DNA of 64,000 bases from Candidatus Sumerlaeia bacterium (GTDB taxonomy: Bacteria > Sumerlaeota > Sumerlaeia > SLMS01 > JANRJK01), in contig JANRJK010000013.1 in the NCBI GenBank assembly GCA_033764015.1, positions 96,001 through 160,000 of the forward strand, read 5' to 3'. The translations under genes and the position numbers were made by a program. The notes beneath the pieces were generated by a model. It saw only the letters and a program-made list of their open reading frames with translations, did no database searches and had not been told where the DNA came from. Positions within the stretch are counted from its first letter, which is position 1. Each line of letters begins with the position of its first letter. This document shows, in pieces, positions 28,765-38,175 of this stretch.

Positions 28765-29898
28765 TTACTCCTCCGGTGGCTTGGGCGGGTCGCCTAGGAT
28801 GAGCGACGAGGGATACTGCTTTGCTACTTCGGACAGGTAGCGCAGGTTTGCCGTGAGCGCGCGCAGGTTCTCCGCGACGGCGCGGAGGTCGTCCTCCCGC
28901 CGCGCGAGCAACTGGTCCATGCGCGCGAGCACCGCTTCGCCGGAGGCCGCCGCTGCGGGGAGCGCCGCCGACGCCTCGCGCAGGTTCGACGCCGACGCGC
29001 TCGCGTCCGAGAGCGCGCTATCGAGCCGCGGGTCGTTCACGAGCGCGTCGAGCCGCGCGGTGAGCGATTCGGCGCGCTCCGCCGTGCGGCGGCTCGATTC
29101 GATCAGAGCGCGGATGTCGTCGCCGGTGCCCGTCAACGTTTCGTTCACGCGGTCGAGGATGTCGCGGGCGTCGGCGGGCAGGCGTTGGATCTCCTCGCGG
29201 TTCAGATAGGCGAGCACTTCGGCGTTCGTCCGCCGCAGGTCCGCCGCGAGCAGCCTGAATTCCCCGGTGAGCCCGGCCACGTCCGCGCCGACGAGCTGCG
29301 TCTCGACGGTGTTGAGAAGGCGGTTCACGTTTCCGGCGAGGGCGGCGAAGTCCGTATCGCCGAGGTTCTTCGCCATGCTCTCGAGCGAGCTGGCGATCTC
29401 GGTGATCCGGCTCGGCATCGAGGGCACGTAGAAGTAGTCCGGCTCCCATGAGATCGGCAGTCCCGGCTCGGGGTCGGGTCCGAAGTAGTCGACCTCGAGG
29501 TACACCAGCCCGGTGATTCCCTGCGACGTGGGGCGCACGCGCATGCCGCGGGCGATCTCGCTCTCGAGGAAACTGACGAACCCGGAGCCGTCCGCTTCGT
29601 CCGAAACCGAAGGATCCAGTTCCGCGCGGATCAGGACGTAGCGCGCCTGCTCCGGCGTCGCCTCCTCGTACGCGGTCCGGACGAAGGAGATCGTCCTCAC
29701 CGAGCCGATGCGGACGCCGCGGTACTTCACCGGGGAGCCCACATCGAGGCCCTGCACGGATTCGTCGAGGTATGTCTCGAGGATGCGGCCCTCCGTGAAG
29801 GCGCTCTTGGCGCCGAGGAGCAGCACGGCGGCCAGCAGCAGGCACGCCCCCCCGAGGACGAACAGGCCAAGCTTGAAGTGGTTCGGTCGTTGGCTCAC
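28765..29898 (-). CDS. mlaD: MlaD/MCE family protein
   Basis: FKLGLFV, ESVQGLDVGSPVKYRGVRIGSV, QGITGLVYLE, a coiled-coil region and C-terminal YPSSLILG. Confidence 0.9.
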   Translation of the reverse strand: MSQRPNHFKLGLFVLGGACLLLAAVLLLGAKSAFTEGRILETYLDESVQGLDVGSPVKYRGVRIGSVRTISFVRTAYEEATPEQARYVLIRAELDPSVSDEADGSGFVSFLESEIARGMRVRPTSQGITGLVYLEVDYFGPDPEPGLPISWEPDYFYVPSMPSRITEIASSLESMAKNLGDTDFAALAGNVNRLLNTVETQLVGADVAGLTGEFRLLAADLRRTNAEVLAYLNREEIQRLPADARDILDRVNETLTGTGDDIRALIESSRRTAERAESLTARLDALVNDPRLDSALSDASASASNLREASAALPAAAASGEAVLARMDQLLARREDDLRAVAENLRALTANLRYLSEVAKQYPSSLILGDPPKPPEE

Positions 29899-29901
29899 GG
29901 G

Positions 29902-30669
29902 TCAGTCGCCCTCCGATTCGCGGTGGAAGAATTTGCGCACGAACGGGTGCGTGCCGTGGTCGCGGAGCTCCGCGGGAGTCCCCGTCGCGATGATGGTCTT
30001 CTCGGTCTTCTCCAGCATGATCACGCGGTCCGCGATGGCGAAGATGCTCGCCAGCTCGTGCGTGACGACCACAAACGTGATGCCGAGCGTCCGCGAGAGC
30101 TGGCGGATCAGGTCGTCGAGCCCCGCCGAGGTGATCGGGTCGAGCCCCGCGGAGGGCTCGTCGAGGAAGAGGATCGGCGGGTCGAGCGCCATGGCGCGGG
30201 CGATGGCGGCGCGCTTCTGCATGCCGCCGCTGATCTGCGCCGGCATGTGCCCCGTGTAGTCCGCCAGCCCCACAATCTCCAACTTCATCCGCGCGATCCG
30301 GTTCATCGCGTCCGGCGGCAGCGTGGTGAACTCCTCCAGCGGCAGGCGCACGTTCTCGAGCAGGTTCAGCGAGCCGAACAGCGCGCCGAGCTGGTACATC
30401 ACGCCGATGCGCGCGAGGATGGCGCGCCGCTCCGCGCCGTGCGACTTCGCGATGTCGCGGCCCTCGATCAGGATCACGCCGGCGGCGGGCTCGAAGAGGC
30501 CGATCATGTGCTTCAGCAGCGTGCTCTTCCCGCAGCCCGATCCGCCGAGGATCACGAACACCTCGCCGCGCCGAACCTCGAAGTCCACATCCCGCAGCAC
30601 CACGTCGCCGCGGTAGGCCGCCTCGAAACCGCGCACGGAGATGATCGGGGCCGCGCCGTTCGTTGACAT
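29902..30669 (-). CDS. mlaF: MlaF-family ABC transporter ATP-binding protein
   Basis: GGSGCGKS, ISGGMQKRAAIARAMALDP, LDEPSAGLDP and VVTHEL. Confidence 0.92.
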   Translation of the reverse strand: MSTNGAAPIISVRGFEAAYRGDVVLRDVDFEVRRGEVFVILGGSGCGKSTLLKHMIGLFEPAAGVILIEGRDIAKSHGAERRAILARIGVMYQLGALFGSLNLLENVRLPLEEFTTLPPDAMNRIARMKLEIVGLADYTGHMPAQISGGMQKRAAIARAMALDPPILFLDEPSAGLDPITSAGLDDLIRQLSRTLGITFVVVTHELASIFAIADRVIMLEKTEKTIIATGTPAELRDHGTHPFVRKFFHRESEGD

Positions 30670-30675
30670 GGTCAA
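30663..30675. repeat. Dispersed palindrome copy 4, TTGACATGGTCAA
   Basis: Spans the mlaE stop and mlaF start junction. Confidence 0.7.
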
Positions 30676-31802
30676 ATATCCAGGATGTAGAACACGACTG
30701 CGAACAAGCCGTCCAGCAGCACGATGAAGAGGATGCTCGTCACCACCGCGCGCGTGGTCGAGACGCCGACCGCCGTCGAGCCCAGCGCCGTCTGCAGCCC
30801 GCGCAGGCAGCCGACCGCGCTCACCGTGAACCCGAAGACGACCGCCTTGAAGAGGCCCGAGAGCAGGTCCTTCATGGTGACCGTGTCCATCACCTGGTTC
30901 CAGAACGTGACCGCCGGGAATCTCAGCGACAGCATCACCACCAGGCCGCCGAAGAGCCCCGCCAAGTTCGCGAACACCGCGAGCAACGGGGCCGCGAGGG
31001 TGCCCGCCACAACCCTCGGCACCGCGAGGAAGGAAACCGGTTCGAGGCCCATGGTCTTCAGCGCGTTCACCTCGTCGTTCACCTTCATGGTGCCGATCTC
31101 GGCGGCGAAGGCGGAAGCGCTTCGCCCCGCGAACACGATCGCGGTCATCAGCGGCCCCAGCTCGCGCAGGATCGCGAGCGCCGTGAGGTTGGCGATGAAG
31201 ATCTCGGCGCCGAACTGCTTCATCGCGACGGCGCCCTGGAAGGCCATGATGAGGCCCATGAGGAAGCCGACCAGCAGCACGATCGGCAGCGCGTCGACGC
31301 CCGCGCGCTCCGCCACGCGCAGCGCGTCCTTCCAACGGACCGTTCCGGGCCGGGCCGCCGCCGCGCCGAGCGCCGACGCCAGCTCGCCCACGAACGCCAC
31401 CTCGCCGCGCAGGTCCTCGATGATGCGCACGGTCGCTTTCCCGACCTGGTGGGGGAGCGGCTCCACCGTCTCCCGCGCCGCCGGGTCCGGACGCCGGGCG
31501 CGCTCGCGGTCGAACAAGCCGATCAGCCCCCGCAGCTCCTCGGACGCGCCTTCGAACGTCGCGCCGCCCGGATAGCGCGAATCGATCTCGAGCAGCAGCC
31601 CGACGCCCGAAAGGTCGCAGCGCGCCAGCCGCGAGCAGTCCACCACGACCGGGCCCGGCGACGCCTTCGCCGAGCGGTCCAGCTCCGCCCAAAGCGCGGG
31701 CAGCGTCGCCACGGAGAGTTCGCCCTCCACCGTCACCTTCGCGGCCCCGCCCGGGGCCGCTTCGATGTGGATGCGCGCAGTCGTCTCGGGTTCCATCGGC
31801 AT
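30672..31802 (-). CDS. mlaE: MlaE-family lipid ABC transporter permease with N-terminal STAS domain
   Basis: DCSRLARCDLSG STAS region, RELGPLMTAIVFAGRSASAFAAEIGTMKV and VGVSTTRAVV. Confidence 0.92.
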   Translation of the reverse strand: MPMEPETTARIHIEAAPGGAAKVTVEGELSVATLPALWAELDRSAKASPGPVVVDCSRLARCDLSGVGLLLEIDSRYPGGATFEGASEELRGLIGLFDRERARRPDPAARETVEPLPHQVGKATVRIIEDLRGEVAFVGELASALGAAAARPGTVRWKDALRVAERAGVDALPIVLLVGFLMGLIMAFQGAVAMKQFGAEIFIANLTALAILRELGPLMTAIVFAGRSASAFAAEIGTMKVNDEVNALKTMGLEPVSFLAVPRVVAGTLAAPLLAVFANLAGLFGGLVVMLSLRFPAVTFWNQVMDTVTMKDLLSGLFKAVVFGFTVSAVGCLRGLQTALGSTAVGVSTTRAVVTSILFIVLLDGLFAVVFYILDI

Positions 31803-31863
31803 GCGAATCGTTTCCGCCGTGGGTGCCCCCGACGCAAGCGCTCCCGCCCGGAGAATTCAACAA

Positions 31864-31916
31864 CTTCCTTAGGAAGCGGTTGACGGTAGCGTGGCGAGGC
31901 GTTGGACTAGTCCCAA
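31864..31916 (+). promoter_or_regulatory. Candidate promoter (TTGACG-N17-TGGACT) with two palindromes upstream of hupE/ureJ
   Basis: CTTCCT-T-AGGAAG at 31864-31876, and GGACTAGTCC at 31904-31913 overlapping the putative -10. Confidence 0.45.
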
Positions 31917-31937
31917 GCGGAGCGGCGGGGGACGACC

Positions 31938-32549
31938 ATGAAGGCAGGGGCCCGAGTGAACAGAACGATCGCGGTGGCGCTGGCGGCCTTGCCGATGCTC
32001 GCCCACGCGCACGCTGATGGAGCGCACACGCACCAGACGCCGTTCGCCAGTGGGTTGTTCCACCCATGGACCGGGCTGGACCACTTGGTGGTGCTGTCGG
32101 CGATCGGGCTCTGGGCGGCGAAGGAAGGCGGCCCGCTGCGGCGCCTCATTCCGGCGTGCGCGCTGCTCGGGATGCTGGCGGGGGGACTCGCCGGGCTGGC
32201 GGGCGTGGTGCTGCCCCTTGTCGAACCCCTCATTCTAGCGTCGGTTCTCGTGCTCGCGATGATGCTCTTGCGCGCCGAGGGCGTCTCCAAGCCCGCGGCG
32301 GCGTGCCTCTCGACAGCCGTCGCGTTCTTTCACGGCCACGCCCACGGCGCGGAGTTCGGTGCGTCGGGCTCCGCTGCCGCGTACTGCGCAGGGTTCCTGC
32401 TCTCGACCGCCGCGCTGCTAGCCGCGGGCTACGGGGCGGGAATGCTTCTGCATCGTGAAGGAGTCGACTCCCGACTGCGCCAGCTCACTTGGCGGGCCAC
32501 CGGAGCCGCGGTGGGGCTAGCCGGCCTCGCCCTGATCGCACAGGGCTGA
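31938..32549 (+). CDS. HupE/UreJ family Ni/Co transporter
   Basis: AHA..H, FASGLFHPWTGLDHL, VEPLILASV and FFHGHAHGAE; the start may be the GTG at 31956. Confidence 0.9.
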   Translation: MKAGARVNRTIAVALAALPMLAHAHADGAHTHQTPFASGLFHPWTGLDHLVVLSAIGLWAAKEGGPLRRLIPACALLGMLAGGLAGLAGVVLPLVEPLILASVLVLAMMLLRAEGVSKPAAACLSTAVAFFHGHAHGAEFGASGSAAAYCAGFLLSTAALLAAGYGAGMLLHREGVDSRLRQLTWRATGAAVGLAGLALIAQG

Positions 32550-32560
32550 ACGGGCGCCGC

Positions 32561-32950
32561 CTAGAAGGCGCCCTTCGACTCTTTCAGCGCGAACCCAACC
32601 TTGTTCGACAGCTCCGTGCAGTCGAAAGGCTTCACGATGTAGTAGTTCGTCCCCTTGTCCAGCGCCTCGCGGATCTTCGCGCGGTCTGACACGCCGGTCA
32701 GGAAGATCACCGGGATCGTCGCCGACGACTCCATGCGGCGGATCTCCTGGAGCACCTCGAGCCCGTCCATGTCGGGCATCATCATGTCGAGGATCACCAG
32801 CTCGGGCTTCTCCGACTCGATCGTATGGAGCGCGTCCGGCCCGTTCGAGGCGGTCAGCACCTCGTACTCGTCCTTCAGCGCGGTGCGGAGGATCAGCAGG
32901 ATATCGTTTTCGTCGTCGACGGCGAGGATGCGGGGCTTCGTCGTGGGCAT
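32561..32950 (-). CDS. Single-domain response regulator
   Basis: ILAVDDE, ILDMMMPDMDG, IFLTG and YIVKPF. Confidence 0.92.
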   Translation of the reverse strand: MPTTKPRILAVDDENDILLILRTALKDEYEVLTASNGPDALHTIESEKPELVILDMMMPDMDGLEVLQEIRRMESSATIPVIFLTGVSDRAKIREALDKGTNYYIVKPFDCTELSNKVGFALKESKGAF

Positions 32951-33035
32951 CGCGAGGGGTCCGTGTTGTCGTTGTGCCTAGCAACCGCGCGGTTGCCTCT
33001 GGCGTCAAGCCGGATGCCGGAAACGCGGCGCCGCG

Positions 33036-35084
33036 CTACGCGGTCCGGGGCCGCTCGCAGACGAAGTCGTGGCAGTAGTACGCCGCCGCCTTGCCATCCG
33101 CGGCCGTCTTCCCCGCGACGAGGGACGGCGCTCCGTCCGGTTCCTCCGCCGCGCGGGCGACCACCAGGCGGTTCGGCCGCCAAGGCCTGAGGGCACCCTC
33201 GAGCAGCGACTTCGCACCCGGCCCGCCACCGACCACCACCACCGATTCCGGCGCCTCGATGCAGCGGTCCGCCACCGTCAGCATCATCGGGAAGGCGCTG
33301 GGGAACCGCTCCGCGACGGCGCTGAATGCGGCGAGCGTCGATTGCGCCGCCTCACGGTGCTCCGCCGCCCCGGTCCACTCGTAGAGCAGCCGGTGCACCA
33401 TCGCCGCGATCGCGTTGCCGCTCGGCGTCGCGTTGTCCATCGCGTCCTGCGAGCGCACGATCAACTGCTCGTGGTCCGCGGCGGTGAAGAAGTAGCCGCC
33501 CTCCGGGTCCGCGAAGTGCCGCCGCATCGCGCCCGCGATCCGCTCCGCATCGGCGACGTAGCGCACCTCGCCGGAGGCCGCCGCCAGTTCGAGCAGCCCC
33601 CACGCGAGGAATGCGTGGCAGTCGAGGTAGCCGTCGAGGCGCGCCTCGCCCGCGTACCAGACCGCCTTGGCGCGCCCGTCCGCTCCGACCACGTTGGCGA
33701 GCAGGAAGTCCGCAGCGCGCGCAGCAAGCCGCGCCGCCCGCCCCTCAAGGCCCACCAGCCGCTCCGCCGCTGCCAGCCCCGCGATCATCAACCCGTTCCA
33801 CGCCGTCAGCACCTTCTCGTCGCGCAGAGGCTTCACGCGTTGCTCGCGGACGGCGAACAGCTTCGCGCGCACCGCTTCCACGCGCGCCGCCGCTGCCTCC
33901 GGCGTCGTGCCCGTCTGCTTCGCAAGGTCCTCGATGCCGTAGTTTCGGAAGAGCACCGAGGTGCCGTGCTCGAAGTTCCCCGCCGCGGTGACGCCATAGG
34001 CGCGCGCGGCGAACTCCGCGTCATCATCGCCGAGCGCCTCGCGCAACTCCGCCGCGCTCCACGCGAAGAACTTCCCCTCTTCGCCCTCCGAGTCCGCATC
34101 CTGCGTCGAGTAGAACGGCCCGTCCGGGTGCGTCATCTCACGGTTGACATAGTCAACGATCTCGCGCGCCACGCGGGCGAAGCCCTCCCGCCCGCTCGCG
34201 GCGTAGCCCTCCGCGTAGGCGCGCAGCAGCAGCGCGTTATCGTACAGCATCTTCTCGAAGTGCGGCACGAGCCACTTCTCGTCCACCGAGTAGCGGTGGA
34301 AGCCGCCGCCGAGCTGGTCGTACATGCCGCCCGCGGCCATCTTATCGAGAGTGAAGAGCGCCATTTCGCGGAAGCGTTCCTGGCCGGAGCGTTCCGCGCA
34401 GCGCAGCAGCAGGAACACCGACTGGGAGGGTGGGAACTTGGGCGCGCCCATGGTGCCCCCGTGCCTCGCATCGAAGCGCGACTCGAACGCCGCCGCCCCC
34501 TTCGCCACCACCCCGGCGGAGAGCGCCACCGGCGTCTTGGTCCGCAGCCGCGTCGCCTGCGCGATGGCCTCCGTCACCTTCTCCGCGGAATCGAGGAGCG
34601 ACTCGCGGCGGCTCCGCCACGCGTCGGCGATCGCCTGCAGTACCGTGGGGAAACCGGGACGCCCGTAGCGGTCCTCCGGCGGGAAGTAGGTGCCGGTGAA
34701 GAACGGCTTCAGCTCCGGCGTGAGGAAGACGCTCATCGGCCAGCCGCCGTGGCCGTCGTTCATCAGCGTCGTCGCCTGCATGTAGATCTGGTCCAGGTCC
34801 GGACGCTCCTCGCGGTCCACCTTGATGTTCACGAACAGCGCGTTCATCAGCTCCGCGATGCGCGGATCGGTGAACGACTCGTGCTCCATCACGTGGCACC
34901 AGTGGCAGGCGGAGTAGCCGATCGAGAGGAAGATCGGCTTGTCCTCCGCGCGCGCCCGCCCGAGCGCCTCCGGCCCCCAGGGGTACCAGTCCACCGGGTT
35001 CTCCCCGTGCTGGCGCAGGTAGAGCGACGCCTCCTTCGCGAGACGGTTGCGGCGCGGGGCCGCGGGGCTGGTGGGCTGGGTCAC
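33036..35084 (-). CDS. Thioredoxin-domain protein, YyaL/SSP411 family
   Basis: [42 protein letters not shown] and [11 protein letters not shown]. Confidence 0.93.
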   Translation of the reverse strand: MTQPTSPAAPRRNRLAKEASLYLRQHGENPVDWYPWGPEALGRARAEDKPIFLSIGYSACHWCHVMEHESFTDPRIAELMNALFVNIKVDREERPDLDQIYMQATTLMNDGHGGWPMSVFLTPELKPFFTGTYFPPEDRYGRPGFPTVLQAIADAWRSRRESLLDSAEKVTEAIAQATRLRTKTPVALSAGVVAKGAAAFESRFDARHGGTMGAPKFPPSQSVFLLLRCAERSGQERFREMALFTLDKMAAGGMYDQLGGGFHRYSVDEKWLVPHFEKMLYDNALLLRAYAEGYAASGREGFARVAREIVDYVNREMTHPDGPFYSTQDADSEGEEGKFFAWSAAELREALGDDDAEFAARAYGVTAAGNFEHGTSVLFRNYGIEDLAKQTGTTPEAAAARVEAVRAKLFAVREQRVKPLRDEKVLTAWNGLMIAGLAAAERLVGLEGRAARLAARAADFLLANVVGADGRAKAVWYAGEARLDGYLDCHAFLAWGLLELAAASGEVRYVADAERIAGAMRRHFADPEGGYFFTAADHEQLIVRSQDAMDNATPSGNAIAAMVHRLLYEWTGAAEHREAAQSTLAAFSAVAERFPSAFPMMLTVADRCIEAPESVVVVGGGPGAKSLLEGALRPWRPNRLVVARAAEEPDGAPSLVAGKTAADGKAAAYYCHDFVCERPRTA
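34143..34157. repeat. Dispersed palindrome copy 5, GTTGACATAGTCAAC
   Basis: 6-3-6 inverted repeat inside the YyaL gene; minus-strand codons GTT GAC TAT GTC AAC. Confidence 0.75.
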
Positions 35085-35165
35085 GTCGGGTGCTCGATTC
35101 GCGGGGGTGCGGCTTCGCGCCGTGGCGATCTTCGGGCCGCCGGCGCGGGAGCGCAAGCGCGGGCG

Positions 35166-35205
35166 GAAAACGAATCGGCCACCCGTTGCCGGGTGGCCGA
35201 TTCGT
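35166..35205 (-). terminator. Intrinsic terminator downstream of the endonuclease gene
   Basis: 16-bp perfect stem ACGAATCGGCCACCCG-TTGC-CGGGTGGCCGATTCGT running into a T tract on the minus strand. Confidence 0.75.
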
Positions 35206-35301
35206 CCTGCACTGCGTCCGCTGGGCGGGCCCCCCGCCGTTCGGGGGATTGGGCGTCGCTTCGAGAGTCGCCGGGGAGCCTGCGTCGCGGGGAGGGGTGG
35301 C

Positions 35302-36936
35302 TTAGTTCCAGGAGATGTTCAGCGTGAAGCTCGACGTCGAGCTGCTGTAGCCGTAGACCGAGACATAGTACGTCGAGCCGGCGACCAGCGCCGGCGAGCT
35401 GGAACCGTTCACCGTCACCGTCTCGCTCGATCCGCCGAGGTACGGGCGGAAGTCGTAGGACGTGAGCGTCGCGAGGCTGCCGCGGCGCACGTAAAGGTCG
35501 GCGTCGTTCGTGCCGGTCATGGCGATCGTCAGCTGCGTCGAGCCGGCGGGGACGACGACCGTGTAGTTCTTCCAAGCGCCCTGCGCGACAGTGCTCGAGT
35601 ACGTGACGCTGCCGCCCGCGGGGGTCGCGGTCGGGGAGGGCGTCGGCGTCGGGGTCGGCGTGGCGGTCGGCGTCGGGCTGGTGCCGGTGCTGACCGTGGC
35701 GGTGAGGGTGAAGCTCGTGGTGGTCGCGCTGTAGCCGTACACCGAGATGAAGTAGGTGCTGTTCGCCACGAGTGCCGGCGAGCTGGTCGAATTCGCAGTC
35801 ACCGTCTCGTTCGAGCCACCGGCGTAGGGGCGGAAGTCCCAGCTCGAGGAGGTGGGCTGGCTGCCGCGGCGAACATACAGGTCGGCGTCGTTGTTGCCCG
35901 TCATCACGACGGAAAGCTGCGTCGCGTTGGACGGAACGAAGATCTGGTAGTGGCGCCAAGCGCCTTGGGCGGCCGTGCTCGACGTGGCCACGCCGCTCGT
36001 GAGCGTTGTGGTGCCGCTCGGCGTCGGGCTCGGGGTCGGCGTGGCGGTGGGGGTGGGAGTCGGGGTTGCCGTGGCGGTGGGCGTCGGGGTCGGGGTCGGC
36101 GTCGGGGTGACGGTGCCGCCGCAGTTGCTGCTAAAAACGAGGCAGACCCACTCGGGGCGGTCCACGAACGGGTTGCGGTTCGACTGCCAGTTCTGCCAGA
36201 TCAGGTGGTTGCGGCGGCGCTCGCGGTCGTCGACGGGATCGGCGTTGTGCCACTCGAGCAGCGTCGTGAGGCGGGACATCTTGGGCTCGTCCGTCGCGAT
36301 CGAGGTGTAGTTGCCGACCACCAGGTCGGGCTCGTTCGTCGTGTCGCCGTTGTAGCGGACGTCCATGTACATCATCGCGCGCGCCACGTCGCCGCGCACC
36401 GCCGGCCACGGCTGGAACGAATCGCTGTCCGCCTGGCTCGGCGTCGAGGAGCCGTCCACCGGGTAGGTGAGGCCCGAGGACCAGTCGAAGTACTTGTTGC
36501 CGCGCGCGCTATTGACGCTCGTCCACGAGGCGTAGAGCGCATGCAGGTCGGTGTACGCGGCCCATGTGGTCTTGTCGTTGAAGCCGTAGCTGTTCGGCCA
36601 GGAGTGCTCGCGGTTCCACTTCACGGCGGCGGAGGAGCTGCCGTCCTGAGCGGTCTTGGGGATCGACTTGTTCGTGTAGATGCAGCGGACGTTGTTCACG
36701 TTCGCCGGGTCTTCATCGAGCTGGCGGATCGCGGTCCAGCACTCGGTGTAGGTCTTCTTGCTGTGGTTGTCGATGATGTCGTGCAGCGCGCTCTTGAGCT
36801 GCGTGCCGGTCTTGCCCTCGGCGCTCGTGTAGTAGCCGGCGGGCGGAGCGTACTGCGCCAGCGCCGTCTGGACGAACATGAGGAGCGCGAGCAGCGTGGA
36901 TACAACCAGGGACGACGTGGAGCGGGTGTTCTTCAC
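35302..36936 (-). CDS. Secreted endonuclease I family nuclease (Bsn/EndA-like) with Pro-Thr linkers and two PPC domains
   Basis: Signal peptide; [39 protein letters not shown] and [12 protein letters not shown]; two [19 protein letters not shown] repeats. Confidence 0.9.
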   Translation of the reverse strand: MKNTRSTSSLVVSTLLALLMFVQTALAQYAPPAGYYTSAEGKTGTQLKSALHDIIDNHSKKTYTECWTAIRQLDEDPANVNNVRCIYTNKSIPKTAQDGSSSAAVKWNREHSWPNSYGFNDKTTWAAYTDLHALYASWTSVNSARGNKYFDWSSGLTYPVDGSSTPSQADSDSFQPWPAVRGDVARAMMYMDVRYNGDTTNEPDLVVGNYTSIATDEPKMSRLTTLLEWHNADPVDDRERRRNHLIWQNWQSNRNPFVDRPEWVCLVFSSNCGGTVTPTPTPTPTPTATATPTPTPTATPTPSPTPSGTTTLTSGVATSSTAAQGAWRHYQIFVPSNATQLSVVMTGNNDADLYVRRGSQPTSSSWDFRPYAGGSNETVTANSTSSPALVANSTYFISVYGYSATTTSFTLTATVSTGTSPTPTATPTPTPTPSPTATPAGGSVTYSSTVAQGAWKNYTVVVPAGSTQLTIAMTGTNDADLYVRRGSLATLTSYDFRPYLGGSSETVTVNGSSSPALVAGSTYYVSVYGYSSSTSSFTLNISWN

Positions 36937-37281
36937 GGGCGTTACCTGCTATTGGGGAGGGGTTAACTTCCAAAGCATTCCAGTGGACGCGACCCACCCC
37001 TTTCCACGCAAGCTCTTTAAAATGTTTCTTTTTGGATTCCTGAGGAGTCTCGTGTTGCGTGGGGTTTTTCCGCGGCTTCCGGCATTTTTCCGATTTTCGA
37101 GGTCTGCCTGTCCGCGAAATCTGGAAAATTCGAGGCAAATCCAACTCGTGGGAATCCAGCCCTTCGTGGTCCTCGCGCCCCCGTCCGCCGCCTGCGCGCC
37201 TCGATTTCCAGTGGACGCTCCGCTCCCGCTGTCGCAAGAAGGTGGCGACCCTTTACCCCAAGCGACGAGGTGCCGCCAGCC

Positions 37282-37599
37282 ATGGCGCTTCAACTCTGCA
37301 AGAACCACCCCGGCAAGAAGGCCGTCGCCCACTGCGAGACCTGCCACATCCCGCTTTGCGAGGAGTGCGCGATCCCCTCCGAGCACCCCAAGCACCCCAA
37401 GGCGGTCTTCTGCTCCGAGCAGCACCGGCAGAACTTCATGAACTTCGCCGCCACCGAAAACGCGCGCCAGATCCCGCGCATGCGCAACTCGTCGATGTTC
37501 ATCGTCATCCCGCGCTTCCTCGCCGGGCTGGCGGTGGCCTACCTGCTCGTCTGGTACTTCTTCCGGGACATGCTGCCGCCGTGGCTGGTGTTCTTCTGA
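37282..37599 (+). CDS. Small B-box-like zinc-finger protein with a C-terminal TM helix
   Basis: CKNHP..A...CETC..PLCEEC..FCS and a hydrophobic C-terminus. Confidence 0.7.
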   Translation: MALQLCKNHPGKKAVAHCETCHIPLCEECAIPSEHPKHPKAVFCSEQHRQNFMNFAATENARQIPRMRNSSMFIVIPRFLAGLAVAYLLVWYFFRDMLPPWLVFF

Positions 37600-37608
37600 G
37601 GAGGGCGG

Positions 37609-38175
37609 CTACAGCCGCAGCTCCCAGATGAGCTGCGCCTCGTCGGGCAGGTGCGCGTAGGCGCCCCGCACGATCCGCCGGGGACGCATCCCGAGGCTGT
37701 GGTAGAACCGGCACGCGCCCGGATTCGTGTCCTGCGTCTCCACGGTGAGCAGCGTATCGCCGCGGGAGCGCGCCCATGCCTGCGCCGCTAGCACCAGCGC
37801 GCCGCCCACCCCGCGCCCGCGCCATGCGGGCTCCACGCGGACATCCAGCATCGCCGTGTGGTCCCGGAGGTTCTCGAGCAGATTCAGCCCCGGCGTGTCG
37901 CGGGCGGCGAGCAAGCCCCCAACGCGCGCCCCGCCTACGAACGCCGCCAGCAGCACCCAGTTGCGCGTCTCCATGCCGAGCACGAATTCGCGCATCGTCG
38001 ATTCGGCGAACGCGTCGTAGTCCTTCTCGAAGAACGGCGCGGGAACCAGTTCAAGGCTGCCCTCCGCGAGCGCCGCCAGATCCACGCGGCTCCGCGCATC
38101 GAACCGGATCGGGATGCGGAAGTGCTCCGAGTCGGCCGAAACCCGCTCCTCCAGGATCCGCCACCCGTCCATCAT
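37609..38175 (-). CDS. GNAT N-acetyltransferase (streptothricin acetyltransferase SatA-like)
   Basis: DVRVEPAWRGRGVG and VETQDTNPGACRFY; ATGA overlap with the rnhB stop. Confidence 0.78.
   Translation of the reverse strand: MMDGWRILEERVSADSEHFRIPIRFDARSRVDLAALAEGSLELVPAPFFEKDYDAFAESTMREFVLGMETRNWVLLAAFVGGARVGGLLAARDTPGLNLLENLRDHTAMLDVRVEPAWRGRGVGGALVLAAQAWARSRGDTLLTVETQDTNPGACRFYHSLGMRPRRIVRGAYAHLPDEAQLIWELRL

Noticed and set aside
31803..31937. Cobalamin riboswitch upstream of hupE/ureJ
   Set aside because: The region is only about 135 bp and has no recognisable B12-box core; an Rfam scan would settle it.
33005..33070. Possible truncation or pseudogenisation of the YyaL-family gene
   Set aside because: It ends a few residues after the last conserved C..P motif and all major motifs are intact.
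35620..36115. Short tandem repeats (GGCGTCGGGGTC-like) as a CRISPR array or VNTR
   Set aside because: They encode Pro-Thr linkers of the nuclease, have no repeat-spacer structure, and no cas genes are present.
37609..38175. Acquired streptothricin-resistance cassette
   Set aside because: The gene is translationally coupled to rnhB, has host-like composition and has no integron or IS context; its substrate is unproven.
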